A DNA stretch of 64,000 nucleotides from Raillietiella orientalis (lineage: Eukaryota). The notes beneath the pieces were generated by a model. It searched no databases and was not told the origin of the DNA. It saw only the letters and a program-made list of their open reading frames with translations. Of the stretch, positions 48,650 through 62,449 are shown one piece after another. The position numbers were made by a program, and so were the translations under genes. Location: positions 2,294,001 through 2,358,000 of the forward strand of contig JAYWIR010000024.1 of assembly GCA_036172245.1 (NCBI GenBank), written 5' to 3'. The stretch's first letter is position 1. Every line of letters begins with the position of its first letter.

Positions 48650-51600
48650 CTCCGGTTGTGAAAATGCACTCGAATTTCTCCGGAATGCTTGGGAGACAGC
48701 TGGGATCTACATGCAGCTCTGCAGCTATACTATAACGACAGAGACTTTCGACTACTGGAGAAACTGGAAGACATCGGTCCGCAGTTCCCCTGTCGGCCCC
48801 ACTTTTCAAGCGTCTACTTTCGGAGTTTCGAGCGCCGTGGTTTCAGGGTGGAGTGTGGCTCACCGTTCTCTTGCATCGAGATCGAGGTGGCCGGCATTTC
48901 CAACACCAGACTGCGTCGCGAGAGTGCGTGTCCAACTCTTGGACATTTGGAAGGGTGGAAGGCAACAGGTGCAACTCCATCTGCGACATCCGATATCGTG
49001 CACGCTGTCGCAGAATAGGCGTAGAAAATCTATCGAAATCCTTGGCAACACCCTTTCCAGCATGTCACTGCGTCCTTGTTTTAGGGAACCCACGTCAGAC
49101 TTTGGGACGTTGATGCAGCCATAGCACCTTGGTTGGGGGGTTCGTAGGGTGGTTGCAGCAGGGCCGCTTCAGAGAAGCTGGATGATGCGCCGCTGGATGC
49201 TCCTTGAGGACATTCAAGTAACTCCGATGCATGCTCCCTGCTTTTCACCCACGCTGACCGTTCGATTCATCTCTAGCGGATTCCGCTGCATCCTATTCAT
49301 AGTGTGCGTTCAAAATACTCACCCTCTCGCTCTGCACCCGAGTGGCTTTCGTCTCTGTGTCATAGGACTCTTTCATGCTCCCGCGGTCAGAGGGATCATC
49401 GAGCACGGGTTAGCAGGAACACACGGACTCCTGCAATTCGCATTCTGCACTTTCGCTCCGGGATGTCTTCCTCGGATGCTTTTTCCTTCGATTCCTGCCG
49501 TACGCGTGCGCGAACGGAAGAGGGTTCTCCTCCGTTTCTTGAGTGGGCGCGATGTCGTGCTGGTAGATCCACTGAAAAGTAGATAGACGGCGCAGGAAAT
49601 CAACTGCTTTCGCGTTCGGATGGGTCGGGTGGAACATTCCTGACCATTGCGATGGAGGAACTCCCATGAGGGGAACGATGGCCACCTCGTAGCTATCGGT
49701 GGGATCCTCAGTGAAGACCTGGCATTCTTGGTGGTCGCAAGGGTCAAATGGCTTCCTGCGAGTTATTCTTCAAGCAGCATGGTCGCCGAAGAGAGCTGCA
49801 GGTTTCTCTTTCCTTCGGAAAGAACAAAAACAGAACAAGAGGACCAAACAAGATGAGTTCCAAACTCTTGTTCTCCTCAGGGAATCATCTGTGATGCAGC
49901 AGCAATCTTAATTTACGAGTCTTTCGTGGATCTTTTGACTCGGGTTGTGATCAGCGAGCATGTGTTATCAAGATCTGAGGGTGCTGTCCATGCACCGTAA
50001 ATTCGGAAAACTGGAACGAGCGAAGGGGGGATCTCGTGACTTATGTGTTCCGCACAGAGACAAGAGGCCAAAGTTGCCATGCGACGACATTTCAAGGGTG
50101 AGAGAAGGTACAGATCACCTTGCAACCATGGGCTCTAACGATTGTGTGCGGCCATGGTTTTCCGGGAATGCTTACGTTGTGATATGGGACAGCAAGGAAA
50201 GCGAGAAGAGGGAATCCTTCGTGTCGATGAGAAAACAAAGAATGTGGATACGAGAAGGGAGAATGGCGAGAGACGCTTTGGCATCAACTCTTTCTCAATC
50301 ACATCGCATCCGTCGATTCTTTAAAGGATTCCCGTGCAAGCGTTCCAGGTGTGGAATCCTTTCCCGTCACCTTACAGGAGGGACGCTGCCCATGAACAGC
50401 GACACGAAGGATGCAAGGAGCGGAGTGGGGCGATGCGACTCCGCAGCTTCCGACTTTTCATCTCGAGACACTCATCCGGGGACCCGAACGGGCAGAAGTT
50501 CGTTTCTGTACAAGATTCCTGCATCCAGAGCAAGGAGCGTACTGGGACGAAAGTCGAGCAACAATTCTGCTCGTTTTATTCCCGCATTATTCGCGTGCCG
50601 CTGTGCCAGTGGGAAAAGGAGCGCAACGTCCACTCGTTTCGCAGCTGCGAAATGTTTCGCATCCTGTTCCGTTGTTCGGGAGCAGCTGGTTCCCGACAGC
50701 TGGTCGATGTCCCAGCACATATCCCACATTCCCTTTTGCAGTCGGGGACGATCTTGGCTTCCTGCGCCTGCTTGATCTAGGGATCTTCGCTCCTTGCACC
50801 GCCTGGCCGTTTGCGGGATCCTCAGCATGTTAAAAGGATCGCCGTCACCGAGCCTACGAGACCAAGCGAACAGTCCGTCCACCCTCCAGGCTCCTTCCGT
50901 TTCTCTGCCAGGACTCTTCACGGGCCACCCTTGCTTCTTCTTCACCGCACGCGCCTGTTGCGCATCCGGCGCTACAGTACAAAACTGCATCCGGTCCGTT
51001 CCTGCTGAGCAGGCAAACCTACAGATTCGGCATTCGTGCATGGCGAGAGCCCTGGATGCATCCTTCGGCAAACTCTTCCTCAACTTTCATCGATGTTGTG
51101 GCCTTTTCTTTTCCAAGATTTGTACTTTGATTCTACCGTCCCTGATAATCCTGACTCTTAAGTCTTTGTCATGGTATCCAGAAGACGCCCCATTGGGTAC
51201 ACTTTGTTCCAAGAGAGAGGAGAGAGAAAGCTTTCTCTTCTCTCACTCGAAAATAAATTACTATAAGGACAGGGAGTTTTGACTGACTCTTTCGACCAAG
51301 TGCTTGTTACTGGTGTTTGCTGGTGTTTTCACCAAGCAGCAGCAGCAGCAAGCACATGAAACATTAAAATCTGTTCCAAGGTAGCTTGATCTGCCTTGCT
51401 TGATTGCTGCGTCGAATAACCCCTTACGGTAGACCCGCAACTTGGCTTCCTGCTCACTCGTGTCTTTCGCAATGTGGTCCTCATTTGGAGGGACACTGTT
51501 GGAAGGCTGTTGGAAGCTTCGAGTTGCCACTGAATGCCAAGTAAAAGGACACACAGCAGGAACAGTGTTCTTTAATCACGGATGCAAATCATTGACCACT

Positions 51601-51850
51601 GACAATCCGAGGATGTCAATGTCACTTCACAAGAATCGTGAGGGTGTCTTTTTTGAAATCGAACTGCGTTATCAGGTGTGTCATCATGTTCTGAGATATC
51701 GTCCACAGTTCCTTCTTCGACCTCAATCCGGTTGCAAACCCCAACGTAGAGACAAGTGCTTTGTTCACCTGGAAGGAAAAGGTGATTTTAATCTCTCATC
51801 ACAATGGTTGAGGATTATGGCCACTCTTCCGATTTGCAGGTGACATGAGG
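48650..51850 (-). mobile_element. Tx1/L1-clade ORF2 remnant (APE-RT), interrupted by a Utopia-like piece at ~49950-50470
   Basis: TDFN (APE), KSPG..DGL, RPSTLLALDAGIL, KPFDPCDH (KAFD), GQECS, IYQHDI (YADD) and IQRRIIQLL occur in the correct order. Confidence 0.6.
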
Positions 51851-52379
51851 AAGGAGAAGACAGACGTGTAAACAAAATGCGACGCGATTTTCCGGTTCCA
51901 ACACTCTAAAATAGTGTCATGGACCGTTCAGATGGAAATTTATAATCTGGGGAAAAGGGAAAGTGACTCTTCGGTAATAACTCTTCGGAACATGCAAGCA
52001 CGTTGGTGTCAAGAAAGAGTGAAGCTGATCCTCTTTGCTCGCCCTCTTTGCTTTTGTCACTTCACTTGCCGTTTGGTCCAGTCTAACCCTTTATACGATT
52101 CAGTGGTTTGTACGATCGGAAGCGGATTGCTTAGTCTAATGGTTACTCACAAGAATCGGTTGAATGGTTAGTAATTAGTTGGGTAGTTGCTACTACAATT
52201 GGTTCAATGAATGCTTATTTATTCGAGTAGAAGTTTGTGGATTTTCCTACTCACCACGATATTGAAGACATAATCCTGAGGTTTCATCTGAAGCTTTGCA
52301 CCATTCATAAAGGTGTAGGTTACACTGGGCAATGAACGCAAATTCGTCGTAGGCTGTTCAATAGGTCGACGCTGTTAGG

Positions 52380-54750
52380 AATGGGAACTGATCTGAAGAC
52401 TCACCCCGTACAAGTGGTCCACACTCAGTGGTTCAATTTTCTTGTCGAACTGCTTCATAAAATTGTCACTAACTTGGGCGACCGGAAGGGCTGTATCCAA
52501 GTAAGCAACGCATGTCCCCTGACACATTTCTCGTTTGCCGACCTTGATGCTGGAAAGAAGTGAACGCAGTGGCCATTGCTCTTGGACATTCATCGTTGCT
52601 ACGGCATCCTGTCGTCGCACCAGCGTTGCGGGTTCGAACATCCATAAAAGCGATCGATGTCGAGTGGGTTTCGCGGTTTTTCGCAAGATTTGGCTGTGGT
52701 GGGATCAGGATTGGGGAATGCGTCGGTAGGGCGCCCTCACGTCCGCGGTCGGATATCCCATTGACTAGCATTCGGACATCGTGAATGAACCCTTCGGGGG
52801 CCTTCCTATCAAATCTCCCAGCCACTGCGAAAGTGGTCCGTTTGGATCCCCGATCCCTGCTTCACCCTTACTTCGGTCAGTCTAGTGACAGTAGAAAAGT
52901 CTTGTGAGCATCCATACGGCGGAGTTGACCAGCGGTTCCGATGACTTCATAGTGGCATCGGAAAGGCTCCTTCTCGGAAAGGACGAAAAAATGAAAAAAA
53001 CTAAAAGAACTCAGAGAGCAGCGAACGAGGATGCTAATTTGTTTCCCGACTGCTGCAGTCAGGTGCGGCCGTCCTCTCTCGAATCCCACGTGTTCGCACG
53101 TCCTTAAAGAGCGAGATGCATCCCTTTAGACAACGACGAGGACGACCCCTATTTTGCAGAATCCTTCAAATCTTCAATCCGTTGAAAGCTCTTTCTACAC
53201 ACGCTACCATTCGAGCTACTGTCATCGATTCGCACTTAGGCAACGAACATCGAAGAGACAATTCCGATTTCAGGCTGCATGGAAGTGGGCACTTACCTGC
53301 TGAGCTCAATCTTATAGAGAGCTTCAGTTTTGTTCATCGGGTAGACGGCACAGAGCTTTGGTTTTGGAAATGGGTACGATTCTCCCAAAACAAAAGTCCC
53401 CTTCTGCTCCTTGCTGGATCGAGATGTTGGACATGTTGGCAATACTTTCGAAGGTTCGCTTTACCGATCGAACTTCATGTAGGCAATTTGCTCCAGTTTA
53501 TTGTCCCTCAGGAGAGAACTCAAAGCTGGCGGATTTATGCCAAAGAATCCGTCGCTTACTAAACTAAAAAGGAAATTGGTTGGCTTCGGATCTATATCGA
53601 AAAACGATACAGATCTACTAAAAATCCAGGGATCAAAGTTCTGGAAAGGAATCCATATCAATGCAACGTGGGCGCAGATCATCCACGAGAGAGGCCTCAT
53701 TTCGGTCCTCCCTCACGGAATTTCAACTCGGCAGCCACAAACTCACGAAGTTGAAGTTGAATGAGAGTCGCTTTCCTTTCAAGTTAACATCCAACAAAGA
53801 ATACTCCTGTGGGCTTGTTAAAGGGTTTTTTGGCAACCTTGAAGCATCGTATCTGCATCGACGTTCTGGAAAGAAAGCGAAGTCGTCCTATGTTCTTCCT
53901 CCCTATCCAATCCCCATTACTGCAATAATCCGAGGAGCATTCCGATGATGGAAGCCACACGATGTCAGTCCAGCTATCCAGAATCTGGAAGTATTGGATG
54001 CGGTTGGTCGTCATTTCCACAATGTACTCTCCCTTGAAAAAAAAAAAAAAATCCTGTAATCTTTCTGCATTCCTGAGAAAAATGAGTCCCACATTGTAGA
54101 ATTTCTGGGGTATTTCGAAAGCTCCTCCTTCTTCAGGAAAAATCGATCTGAAAGAGAGAGGGAGAGATAGAAAAATGATGGTACGAACAGAGGAAATTGA
54201 ATGGAAGGAATGCTCCAACATAGTTGTTGGAAAACTCACAGCGTTAGAGCCAAAAATGAAGCCGCGAGTGCCTTCGAAGCCGCCATCCCGCTCGCCTGAC
54301 CTATTGGCCCGCCAAAGGTTGCTTTTATGTCCCCAAGGCCACCTGTGGAAACTTCGGAAAATCAAATTTCAAACGGCAGCAGGCGTTTCTTGTTTCAACC
54401 TGAGCACACCTGAGCTGTGCCTTTGCATATTGATTCCCAGATCGCGTTGCGGTGCCCGGGAATTTCTCAAGACGGAGGAACGTTTCCCTGGGACGATGAT
54501 CTCGCCAGCGCCGAGGTGCCTCGAAAGAGGATCGCGTTCGCTTTGAATGGATGCCCTTCGGAGCCGATTCTTGCGAGACGGTGAGGAAACACCCTTAACA
54601 ACCTCCGAAGAACTCAGGAACACATTCCCGGGTGGAGAGCCGCGTGGGATGTCGCGCCGTTGGGAGCGGAGTCTCATCGCGAGCGCTGTCGCACCACGAG
54701 CTCTATGCAAGGTTTCCCTCGAAGAGATCAGCAGCATCACCTGATCGTGA
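52380..54750 (-). mobile_element. Degenerate Utopia/NeSL-like RT-REL remnant
   Basis: Weak ordered motifs (WLD..GS, LVDDL, TTF..RF.RKA, PLRS.L..YLDTALP). Confidence 0.4.
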
Positions 54751-56799
54751 CCTGCCCAGAATTTAAACTGACCATATTAGTCTCGTCTCGCTTCACCGGA
54801 GGGAGCAGCAAGGAATTGGGGGCCCCTGCAAATACAGGCAAACTGGAATGCCGAGAGAACAAACCCTCGCTCTCCAAGGAAATAAAGTCCACACGAGGGT
54901 TGCTTTTGACTGTCCGTTGCCGCAAAGCCTTCTTTTCCCGAGATCCTTAGAGTGCCCGTGCTCTTGGAAGGTGTGCACCCGGAAGTCAAGGTCTGGCGTG
55001 GTCATCCTTGACAGGTGCTTTACCAGCATCCCCCTCTCCCGGTGAGCTCTAAGTCAGGATTTTAGCAAAACCGCATGATGATCCTCTTCCCGGGTCAAGG
55101 ACTGCTGCCACGCAAAAGCGCCTGCTTGGTGTCCTTCGACACCAAGCAGGCGCTTAAATAAAGGCAGAGTTGCTGTCCTCTGTGAATGTTCACATAACGC
55201 AGAAGTGTATTTGTAGCGAAGATCTCCGAGGGAAGTGTGGTATCCGACTGATTCCTCCTCGAACGGGCAGCGGGTTCGAAATCGCGAAGTGACCGCGTAG
55301 TTACTTTGCAAGACCACACTGCTGCGTCCTAGATAGGCGAAGAGCTCGGAGGTTGGCAGCAGAATTTTCAATTGCAGAGAACGCGAAGCAGAGCGTGACG
55401 TCAGAGTAAGGCATGACTGCCTTATCAACAGCCAATCTGCAGTTAGACTCTCGCCTGCAGCCGATTCTGAGGAGACACGTGTGTTATATATGCACAGAAA
55501 GACGGAACACTGCTAACGACACTGCAGGGGAGCGCCTGTCGTCCTTCTCCAAGGGAACCTGAGGAAAAATAACAGTTTGATCTAATGGTCGTGCTGGCAG
55601 GAAGCACACTGTTGCCTGGACTGCAGGCATGATTTTTGGTTCTTTCTTGCCCTCGTTTCCTTGGGATATGCTCAGAGGGGGAACGGAGAAAAATTTCGGT
55701 ATTCAGCTACCGTCTTCCGAGGCCCGTCTTTAAGCGTCCTGCAGCTGTCGAAACGCCCACTCTATCCGGATGTCGCGCCAATTTCCGGAGCAGATGTTTC
55801 CGAAGACGGCCTCACAGGTTACTCGAGGGTGGACGGAAAGAGACCTGGTAGCGAGCATTGCAGAGAAGCTTCCCGGCATGCCAATGCTGGGATCACAGCG
55901 CTGTCGAGAGAGCACGTGCCAGCTTTTCAATTGACAGTTGCATAATGACATGCAAAACTGCTTCTGGCTTTCCCGTTAGTTAAATCGGCTTGCAGCCAAA
56001 ACTTTAGGAGAACAAACCCAAAGCCAAAACTGGATCCAGTTGCTGCAGAGAGACGAGCAATTAGTCACGCTGGATACTTCTTTGTTCTTACGTAGTTCCA
56101 CCAACAGCATCAGAAGAGGAGAGGCGGAAGAGGAGACAGTGACGTCGAATTCGGGAGCCAAGGGATGGTCTCATTCACATCCGTTCCGTTAGGACAATAT
56201 GGGATATGCGATCATCGGGAATCAGGATCGAAGGACGAGGAGGTGGGGAAGTTGGAAATTCCCAAAAAAGCAGGTGGAGTGCGTCGGAACGGGAATGGTG
56301 TTCTCGCACATACTGCATCCCCGAGGTGGTCTCTGGAAGCGAAGGATGGAGGAACGTTCGAACGTTTTTCCGATGAGGTTGGAGAGGGTAGTGTGATGCA
56401 AACGTGCGCAATGGTAGTTCGAAGGTGAATTCGCTGAGATAACGAATGCAGGTTGGATTAGAAGCCTCGTGGTATTGAGGGATGGTGCGAATGGCGGGTG
56501 CAAGGAAGGGAGATGGTTTTTGGATTTTCTTCTGGGAGTCGAGAAAGTGCGAGGAGTGGTCTTGAAAAACTCATCAAGGGGTGACGAATAAGTGGGTTCT
56601 AACAGTTGTGCTCGGGAGAGGGAGAAAGTCAAACGGAGAAAATGGGAACCGATGTTGGGCTGTATCGCGCGAATCCTTCATCGCCTTCGTCTCTTCGCTT
56701 TCATTCTGCTCCACCGAGCTGCAGATTACTGAGCCAAAGACAGTCGTCCCTTAGGAACCCTAGTAAAACTCGGAAAAGAAGCCATTCAGGTTTCGAGTC

Positions 56800-57110
56800 T
56801 CGGCAAAACACAAAATCGCGTCCGCCTCGTGATCCCTCTCATGGAATACTACCGTGAAAGAAGATTGAGGCCCCGTGGTCTGAAGCTGCATATAATGCAA
56901 ACATCGCAGGCAGGAAATCCTGGAGAAGGGGAAAGCGCTACAACTGCTCGAGACTCGGGCTGCGGTGGCAGAGGAACACTGGAGAACCGCGGATGCAGAA
57001 ACGGTCGTTCCAGACTCCCGACAAACTTGTGGGGGAAAGGGCAAGGCGGTTCATCTGCATGCAGTGGCTGCAACGACTTCGCCTCTTCGCAGTCTCATCT
57101 GAGAACGGAA
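56800..57110 (+). mobile_element. Possible gag-like ORF1 triple zinc-knuckle remnant
   Basis: RYNCSRLG..RGC..NLWGKG..SSAC resembles decayed CCHC knuckles. Confidence 0.28.
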
Positions 57111-57139
57111 CGGTAATAACGGAACCCGATGGTTTGACA

Positions 57140-59100
57140 TGTTGAGTTCAACTCGGTCTCTTTCAAGGAAAGAGAGGATACCAAGAGTATTCTTCACTTG
57201 GAGAGAGTGGAATAAATTCAACACTCTCGGAGTGTCCTGCCTGAGAGTGCAGCTCCCTGTGAAGACTTTGGTAGGAAGAGCAATATCAAATGGTGAGGGT
57301 TGTTCGTGGAGTGCTCTACTAGTGGTACTTGAAGAAAAAATGGAGGAATGGGCAAATGTGGTCTGCTGATCATAAAACTCGACTCATCTCGCTGACGCAG
57401 CACTCGGAGGAGACTGTCTCTCAGAGCAATGAGACCGTGAAAAAGCCTCGAGAACCCTCTCGGTTGTGTTGAAGGGAGCCAACATCAGATTGCTGAAGCG
57501 AAGCTTTCTGGATAAACTCCAGCACGTTACTTTCGTTCGGACATCTAGATGACAGTGCATTTGCCTTCAGGGTTGATCAAAAAGTTTACAAATGCGCAGA
57601 CTTCCATGGACGACGGTGTCTACAAGCCCTGTTGGCAGTTTATCGGAATGAGACATCTTTTGCCCTTGCCGTTGCTCATTGACATCCCGAATCTCGTGGA
57701 ATATGGAAGAGAGGTAATCCTCAACGTTTTCCTGAGAGTCAGTGGCAAATCCAAAGGATTGATCTTTGCTCTCTAAAGGAAAGAATAACGTCCAAGAAAG
57801 GGAAACATATTCTTCGAACAGACACCTCGAAAAGCCAGATGGGTCATATCTGAGCGGGGACCTCGCTCCACCCCTGCATCATCCAACAAGGGGTGCTGCA
57901 AACTTATGGTCCCGTGCCCAGAAATCCTCGAAGAGACTTGGCATTCAGTGGAAGTACTCCCACAGTGCAGTGACGATCACCCTTCTCAATCGGACTCTTC
58001 GCGAGAGCGATCGGAAGGTTGTGACCCGCACCATACGTGGACTTAGGCGCCTCAACAGAAGCGAGGCTTTCCGTGCGATGTCTGATCAAGGCCGCACGAT
58101 CGATTGCGTGGTGGTCCAGCCTGCATCCATGTGCCTCCTGGAGAGCAGTGAACTATTACTCTTCAGTGACTGGCGGTTCATACACCGCGTCGGACTGAAC
58201 CAATTGACACTGAACGTCAATATTAAGCTCCAGGGCTTTCACGAGGATGCCCGCATCCAAAGGAGACATTGGCCCATGTACTTTGCCATTGCAAGTGGCA
58301 AATACCAAGGCTCCATTGCAAGCGGCATCTAGGCACTAGGATAGTAGACAGACACAATGTGGTGTTAGGCATCCTTGAGGCAAACGCCCGTAATAAATGG
58401 CCACAGCTGGCAATCGGCGTTCCGATTCCGAAATCAACAGTGCCCTCCGTTCAGACCTGGTGGTTTCTGATGGGCAGCGTGTCCTCATGATCGATGCTAC
58501 GATCCCATATGAAAACAGGAAGGAGTCATTAGAGGCTGTTCGATCCAAGAAAAGTACCAAATACCAAGCGCCGCGGAGGCTCTGCCGCTCGATTACCGCG
58601 CGCTGCTGGCGGGCGGCAGTGCGGTGAGCGAGATGCAGTTCTCCTGCGTGGCTGGTTCGCTGCTGGGCAGTCAGGATGAGCACACGACATACGAACGCGG
58701 TTTCGACAAGTTCCTCACGACCCTGGCCATCAACATCGATCACATCCAGTGGAGCCTCGGCGGGGAGCTTTCGGAGTGCTGAACACACCGGCGAGGTTGC
58801 CGCCAGCGGTCGGCTGCGGCGGGGCCGACTTCGAGAGCCCTCAGGCTCCCATGAGCTCCCTTCCTCAAATCGTAAAGCGGGACTACGAGGCACAGGGTTT
58901 CACGGTCAAAAGAGATGCGCTCGTTATTGGGTCACTGGGAAGTTGGCACCCAATACCGCTGCCGTCCTGAGCTTTCTCGGACTGAACAATCTCACCATGA
59001 AGGCGGTTCGCCCTGTCATGATCTGCTCAGTGATCCGGGAGTACCGCGATATCTACTTTGACCACGTCTCCAGCCGGCTCTCGGGACTCTCCAGGGAACC
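57140..59100 (+). mobile_element. Utopia/NeSL-clade non-LTR retrotransposon 3' half (thumb, CCHC, restriction-like endonuclease), frameshifted
   Basis: NLWSRAQKSSKRLGIQW, DQGR, FSDWRFIHRVGLN, LAHVLCHC, RHN, LRSDLVV..IDATIPYEN..KKSTKYQ, ALVIGSLGSWHP, RDIYFDH. Confidence 0.8.
58568..58865 (+). other. 298-bp GC-rich coding-like insertion within the REL domain
   Basis: Removing it and one of the two flanking CAA copies restores KKSTKYQ-IVKRDYEAQG. The insert reads AAEALPLDYRALL..HTTYERGFDKFLTTLAINIDHIQWSLG with mostly G/C-ending codons. Confidence 0.7.
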
Positions 59101-59199
59101 AAATAGTTCCAGCAGACACTCGGATCCTTTCCCCCAGCGGCAAGCCTTCTTGTGCGAGGACCTTATCTCTGGATGCCGATGATCTTCGCTTCCTCTTCC

Positions 59200-61400
59200 A
59201 GACGAGGCCTCCTTGCAGCCTCCTTGATGTAGATGGATGCCATCCTAGTGACCTATCTTCTCTGGGTGGTGATTTGTAGCGCCTTTCGGGTCCAATCGAT
59301 GGTGCGGATGCAAACCTTGGTTGCATTAATTGCGCCCGTCGAGAGGTCTCTCGGCGCGAAGAGACGCCGCAGCACGTCACGGGCGGTGTCCTGGTGCAGG
59401 AGTGCTGTTTCCAGCCTCCACCACAGTTTCTGTAGGGCGCCGCAGTCCAAAAGCAGGTAAGGCGGGGTCGACTCCGTGGACCCGCACCTGGCACAGTTTG
59501 AGGATGCAACCCTCCGGAAACAAGATTCCGTCACTCGTTACACTTGAATCCCCAGTGGATGAAGAGAAGTACGACAAACCGCCCAGACAATGGGGAGAGA
59601 CTGCAAGCTCTTCGGAGCAAACATTCAAGAGGTCTCTCCTCCGAAGGAGTCCTTCCGCCAAAGCACGCGGAGTGGCAGCATCCTAGAGCTTGCCCGTCTT
59701 CCAGCCGCCGAGGAGTCCAGTTTTTCCCGAGGTTGTTCAGGAAAGCTCCCATCTTGCAGGTAGACTACTGTTATCTCTTACCCTGAGACACGACGGCGCT
59801 GCGGCGAGGGGTGTGGCTGTCAGGGTCGAAAACTTCACCGCGTCCTGCATCACTACTTCCAGCGGTCGTGGCAACAGATGTCGCAAGGAGTGATCTTCGG
59901 AGCTCATTTCCTGGAACAGGATTCAACAGCCTCCTGCCGCCAACCGTTGTAGTTCGCCGGGTGGCAGGAGATCCACGGCTGGGCTTCCACAAGTGAGGCG
60001 AGTTGCCTGAGTAGGAAGGAGAATCCTCGCATCTTGTAGTGGGTGCCCGGCAGCAGCGAGAGCAGTCCTTCGCTGCCGGCGCATCTCCATAGGATGATAC
60101 GTGCAGGCACACACATCACACAGCTTGGCGCAGAGTATCGGCATTCCGAAGTGCACTTGCAGTCCTATTCATTCCAGCGTTAGGATGCCCAATCCGGCAT
60201 CCTGCCACGGAGCCGCCAAGTCTTTGAGGCGGATCCTGGACCTCGCAAGTCCCCAGAGAGCGTTCCTCAGCAGACACTGAGCTTGTTGCTTCATCTCTTA
60301 GGGGACGGAGGAGGAAGAACACAAAGGTGTTCCAAATAGCTGCCTGTTCCCGCAAGGTGAACTTGCCATGAAGAAACGGGTTTACTGTGAACTATGCCTT
60401 CTGAAGGCAGTCCGACCACGTTTCGGCAGTGCAGAAGATGCCCAACGAAATGCCAAGCTATTTGAAATACCTGCCCGTGGGGATTGGCAGACGGATCCAG
60501 TCGGACTGTCCTTCTCACTACGCATTCACAGGAACAACCACGCTCTTTCTCCTGCTTACTTTCATGCCCGCTTCCTGATGAATCAGCTCGAATGAACTCT
60601 CGAGGAAGGAAGCCGGGGCGGACATGGATAAGGGGAGAAGCAGGTCATCTGCATAGGCGTCCACGGCTGGCGTTCTCGGGCAGATGCTTGGCAGGTCAGC
60701 ATGAGCCTGCTGCCGCCAGAGATTCCGGCCACTCTTCCGAGCCTGAGGCAATGATCCTCGGCTCCGAGGATCCAGCCGAAACCCAACGTTCACCCTATTT
60801 CCGAAGAGAGATGCCGCCTGCGGGAAAAGCAGCTAATGAGGGAGGTGTGTACGTCCGTGCACACCGAAAACCTGTTAGTCGACGAACCTTGGAAGCAGGC
60901 GTGGCCGGACCACACGTTCCTCAACGAACACCTGCTCTCTCGAGTGGGTCGATGAAGTCGGTGCCGTCCGTGCTCTCCGACCATCCGAGGCTGAAGTTTG
61001 AGTTTCTTGCTCCTGGCAAGGTGACTCCGACGCACGTCTGCAGGATGTCGGCCGACTGGCTTAGCCATCCGGAGGCGGTGGAGCACCTTCGTGAACTCCT
61101 CCACGGCTTCGTCATCAGGGAACTAGCGGACTGGGACGATCTGAAAAGATCGTTCCGTAAGTTCTGCTGCCGTTTTCTCTTTCACTTGCTTCCCCGAGGC
61201 TTCGCGGAAGGCGTGGCCTCAGCAGGGCGTTTCTGCAGTTCCGAACTTTTTCCAGATGCCCGGACGTCCGGCGCCTGGTGGAGTACATGGTGAGGGCCTA
61301 GCGCCAGGTCTGGCAGTCTGAATCGGCTTGTCTGCTCTACGACCAGGGCAGGAAATGCTTGGCCGCGGCCGACGATTGTCTTCCGGATTTGACATAATAA
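59200..61400 (-). mobile_element. Tx1/L1-clade RT to C-terminal zinc knuckle
   Basis: VDAYADDLLL at ~60650, GCRIGHP (GLG.P) and NCARCGSTESTPPYLLLDC. Confidence 0.68.
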
Positions 61401-61499
61401 AGTCGTCATTGTTTTCATTTTCGTGGTCGAACACTTGGTTCTACCACGCACTGAGGACTTGGCATAAACCGGTACGCATACCGGTGAGGTCCGCTCCAG

Positions 61500-62400
61500 C
61501 GACTAAGGGAAAGGGAAAACCAAACAAAAATAAACAAAAAATGAACGGTGGTGGGAGGGGAATGTTTCTAGGGTAGGGAGGGCGGGGAAGGGATCACTGC
61601 TCGCCTGGAGACGTCCTCTACATCTTCTCTAGGATGCTGACAGGTTCTGTTTTGTTTTCTCAAGTTGGAGCCATCAAGAAGCGGTCTTTGAAAAAATTCC
61701 GATCCAGTGGATATCACCCCTGCTGTCTTTGCCTCTTTTCGTGTTCCACCTTGCCACGATTCCGAGCACACAGCAGAGAAATGCTTGAGACGCGGCGGGG
61801 GAAGAGCATCACGTCTGAAAAGGCGCCGGAAAATATCTTTAGGGTCGCCTGGCGGAAAATTCAGAATCGACGAGAGTCGATCCTAAAGTGCACGGAGGGC
61901 GACTCAGTCAATTAAGAGATGCGGGAAGGTTTCCCTTTCACCGCACTCTGCACAACGGGCATCCACACTCCCTACTGTCAAGTGCGAGAGGCGTGCTCCG
62001 CACAAGACTCCCTAATGCAAGAACTGCAACGCCATCCCTTGCCACTTCATGGGAAGGGTGCCACTGTTCCAACACGCTGGGGGACACTTCACCTCCTCCG
62101 AAGGTATTCCGAGTAGCTCGCCCCAGAGCAGAAATCCTTTAGGCGGGACACTCGGGGTCGCAGCGCCCGCTAGCTGCCGAGTAGTTGACTCCTTCAATAG
62201 TTTTTTCCTGCCTCCGATGAGGCAGGATACTTCCCACAATGGTCGTTCGTTGCTGTGCCTAGCGTTCCTGAGGGAGGGCAGCACGGGAGCAAGGGGGGTA
62301 GAAGAAGCCCTCAGCAACTTGCGTGGATTGTTTCCAATCTCCCGCAGGGGGTGTCGGGCGTACGTTCCTCTTCGGAGGCAGTCATCTTCCGCGTCGCTCG
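61500..62400 (-). mobile_element. Tx1-like 3' fragment
   Basis: 61980-62120 is the reverse-strand homolog of 5480-5680 (antisense frame PLF.HAGGHF in both). C/T-rich tail at 61500-61590 on the minus strand. Confidence 0.55.
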
Positions 62401-62449
62401 AGCTCGAGCTGATCTTTCCCCATGCGGAAACTGCTCCTGAAGCCAGGCA

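Noticed and set aside
49960..50775. 271-aa ORF (and similarly 60484-61293 and 9280-9996)
   Set aside because: These run through decayed TE fragments or intronic mosaic; chance open frames in GC-rich DNA.
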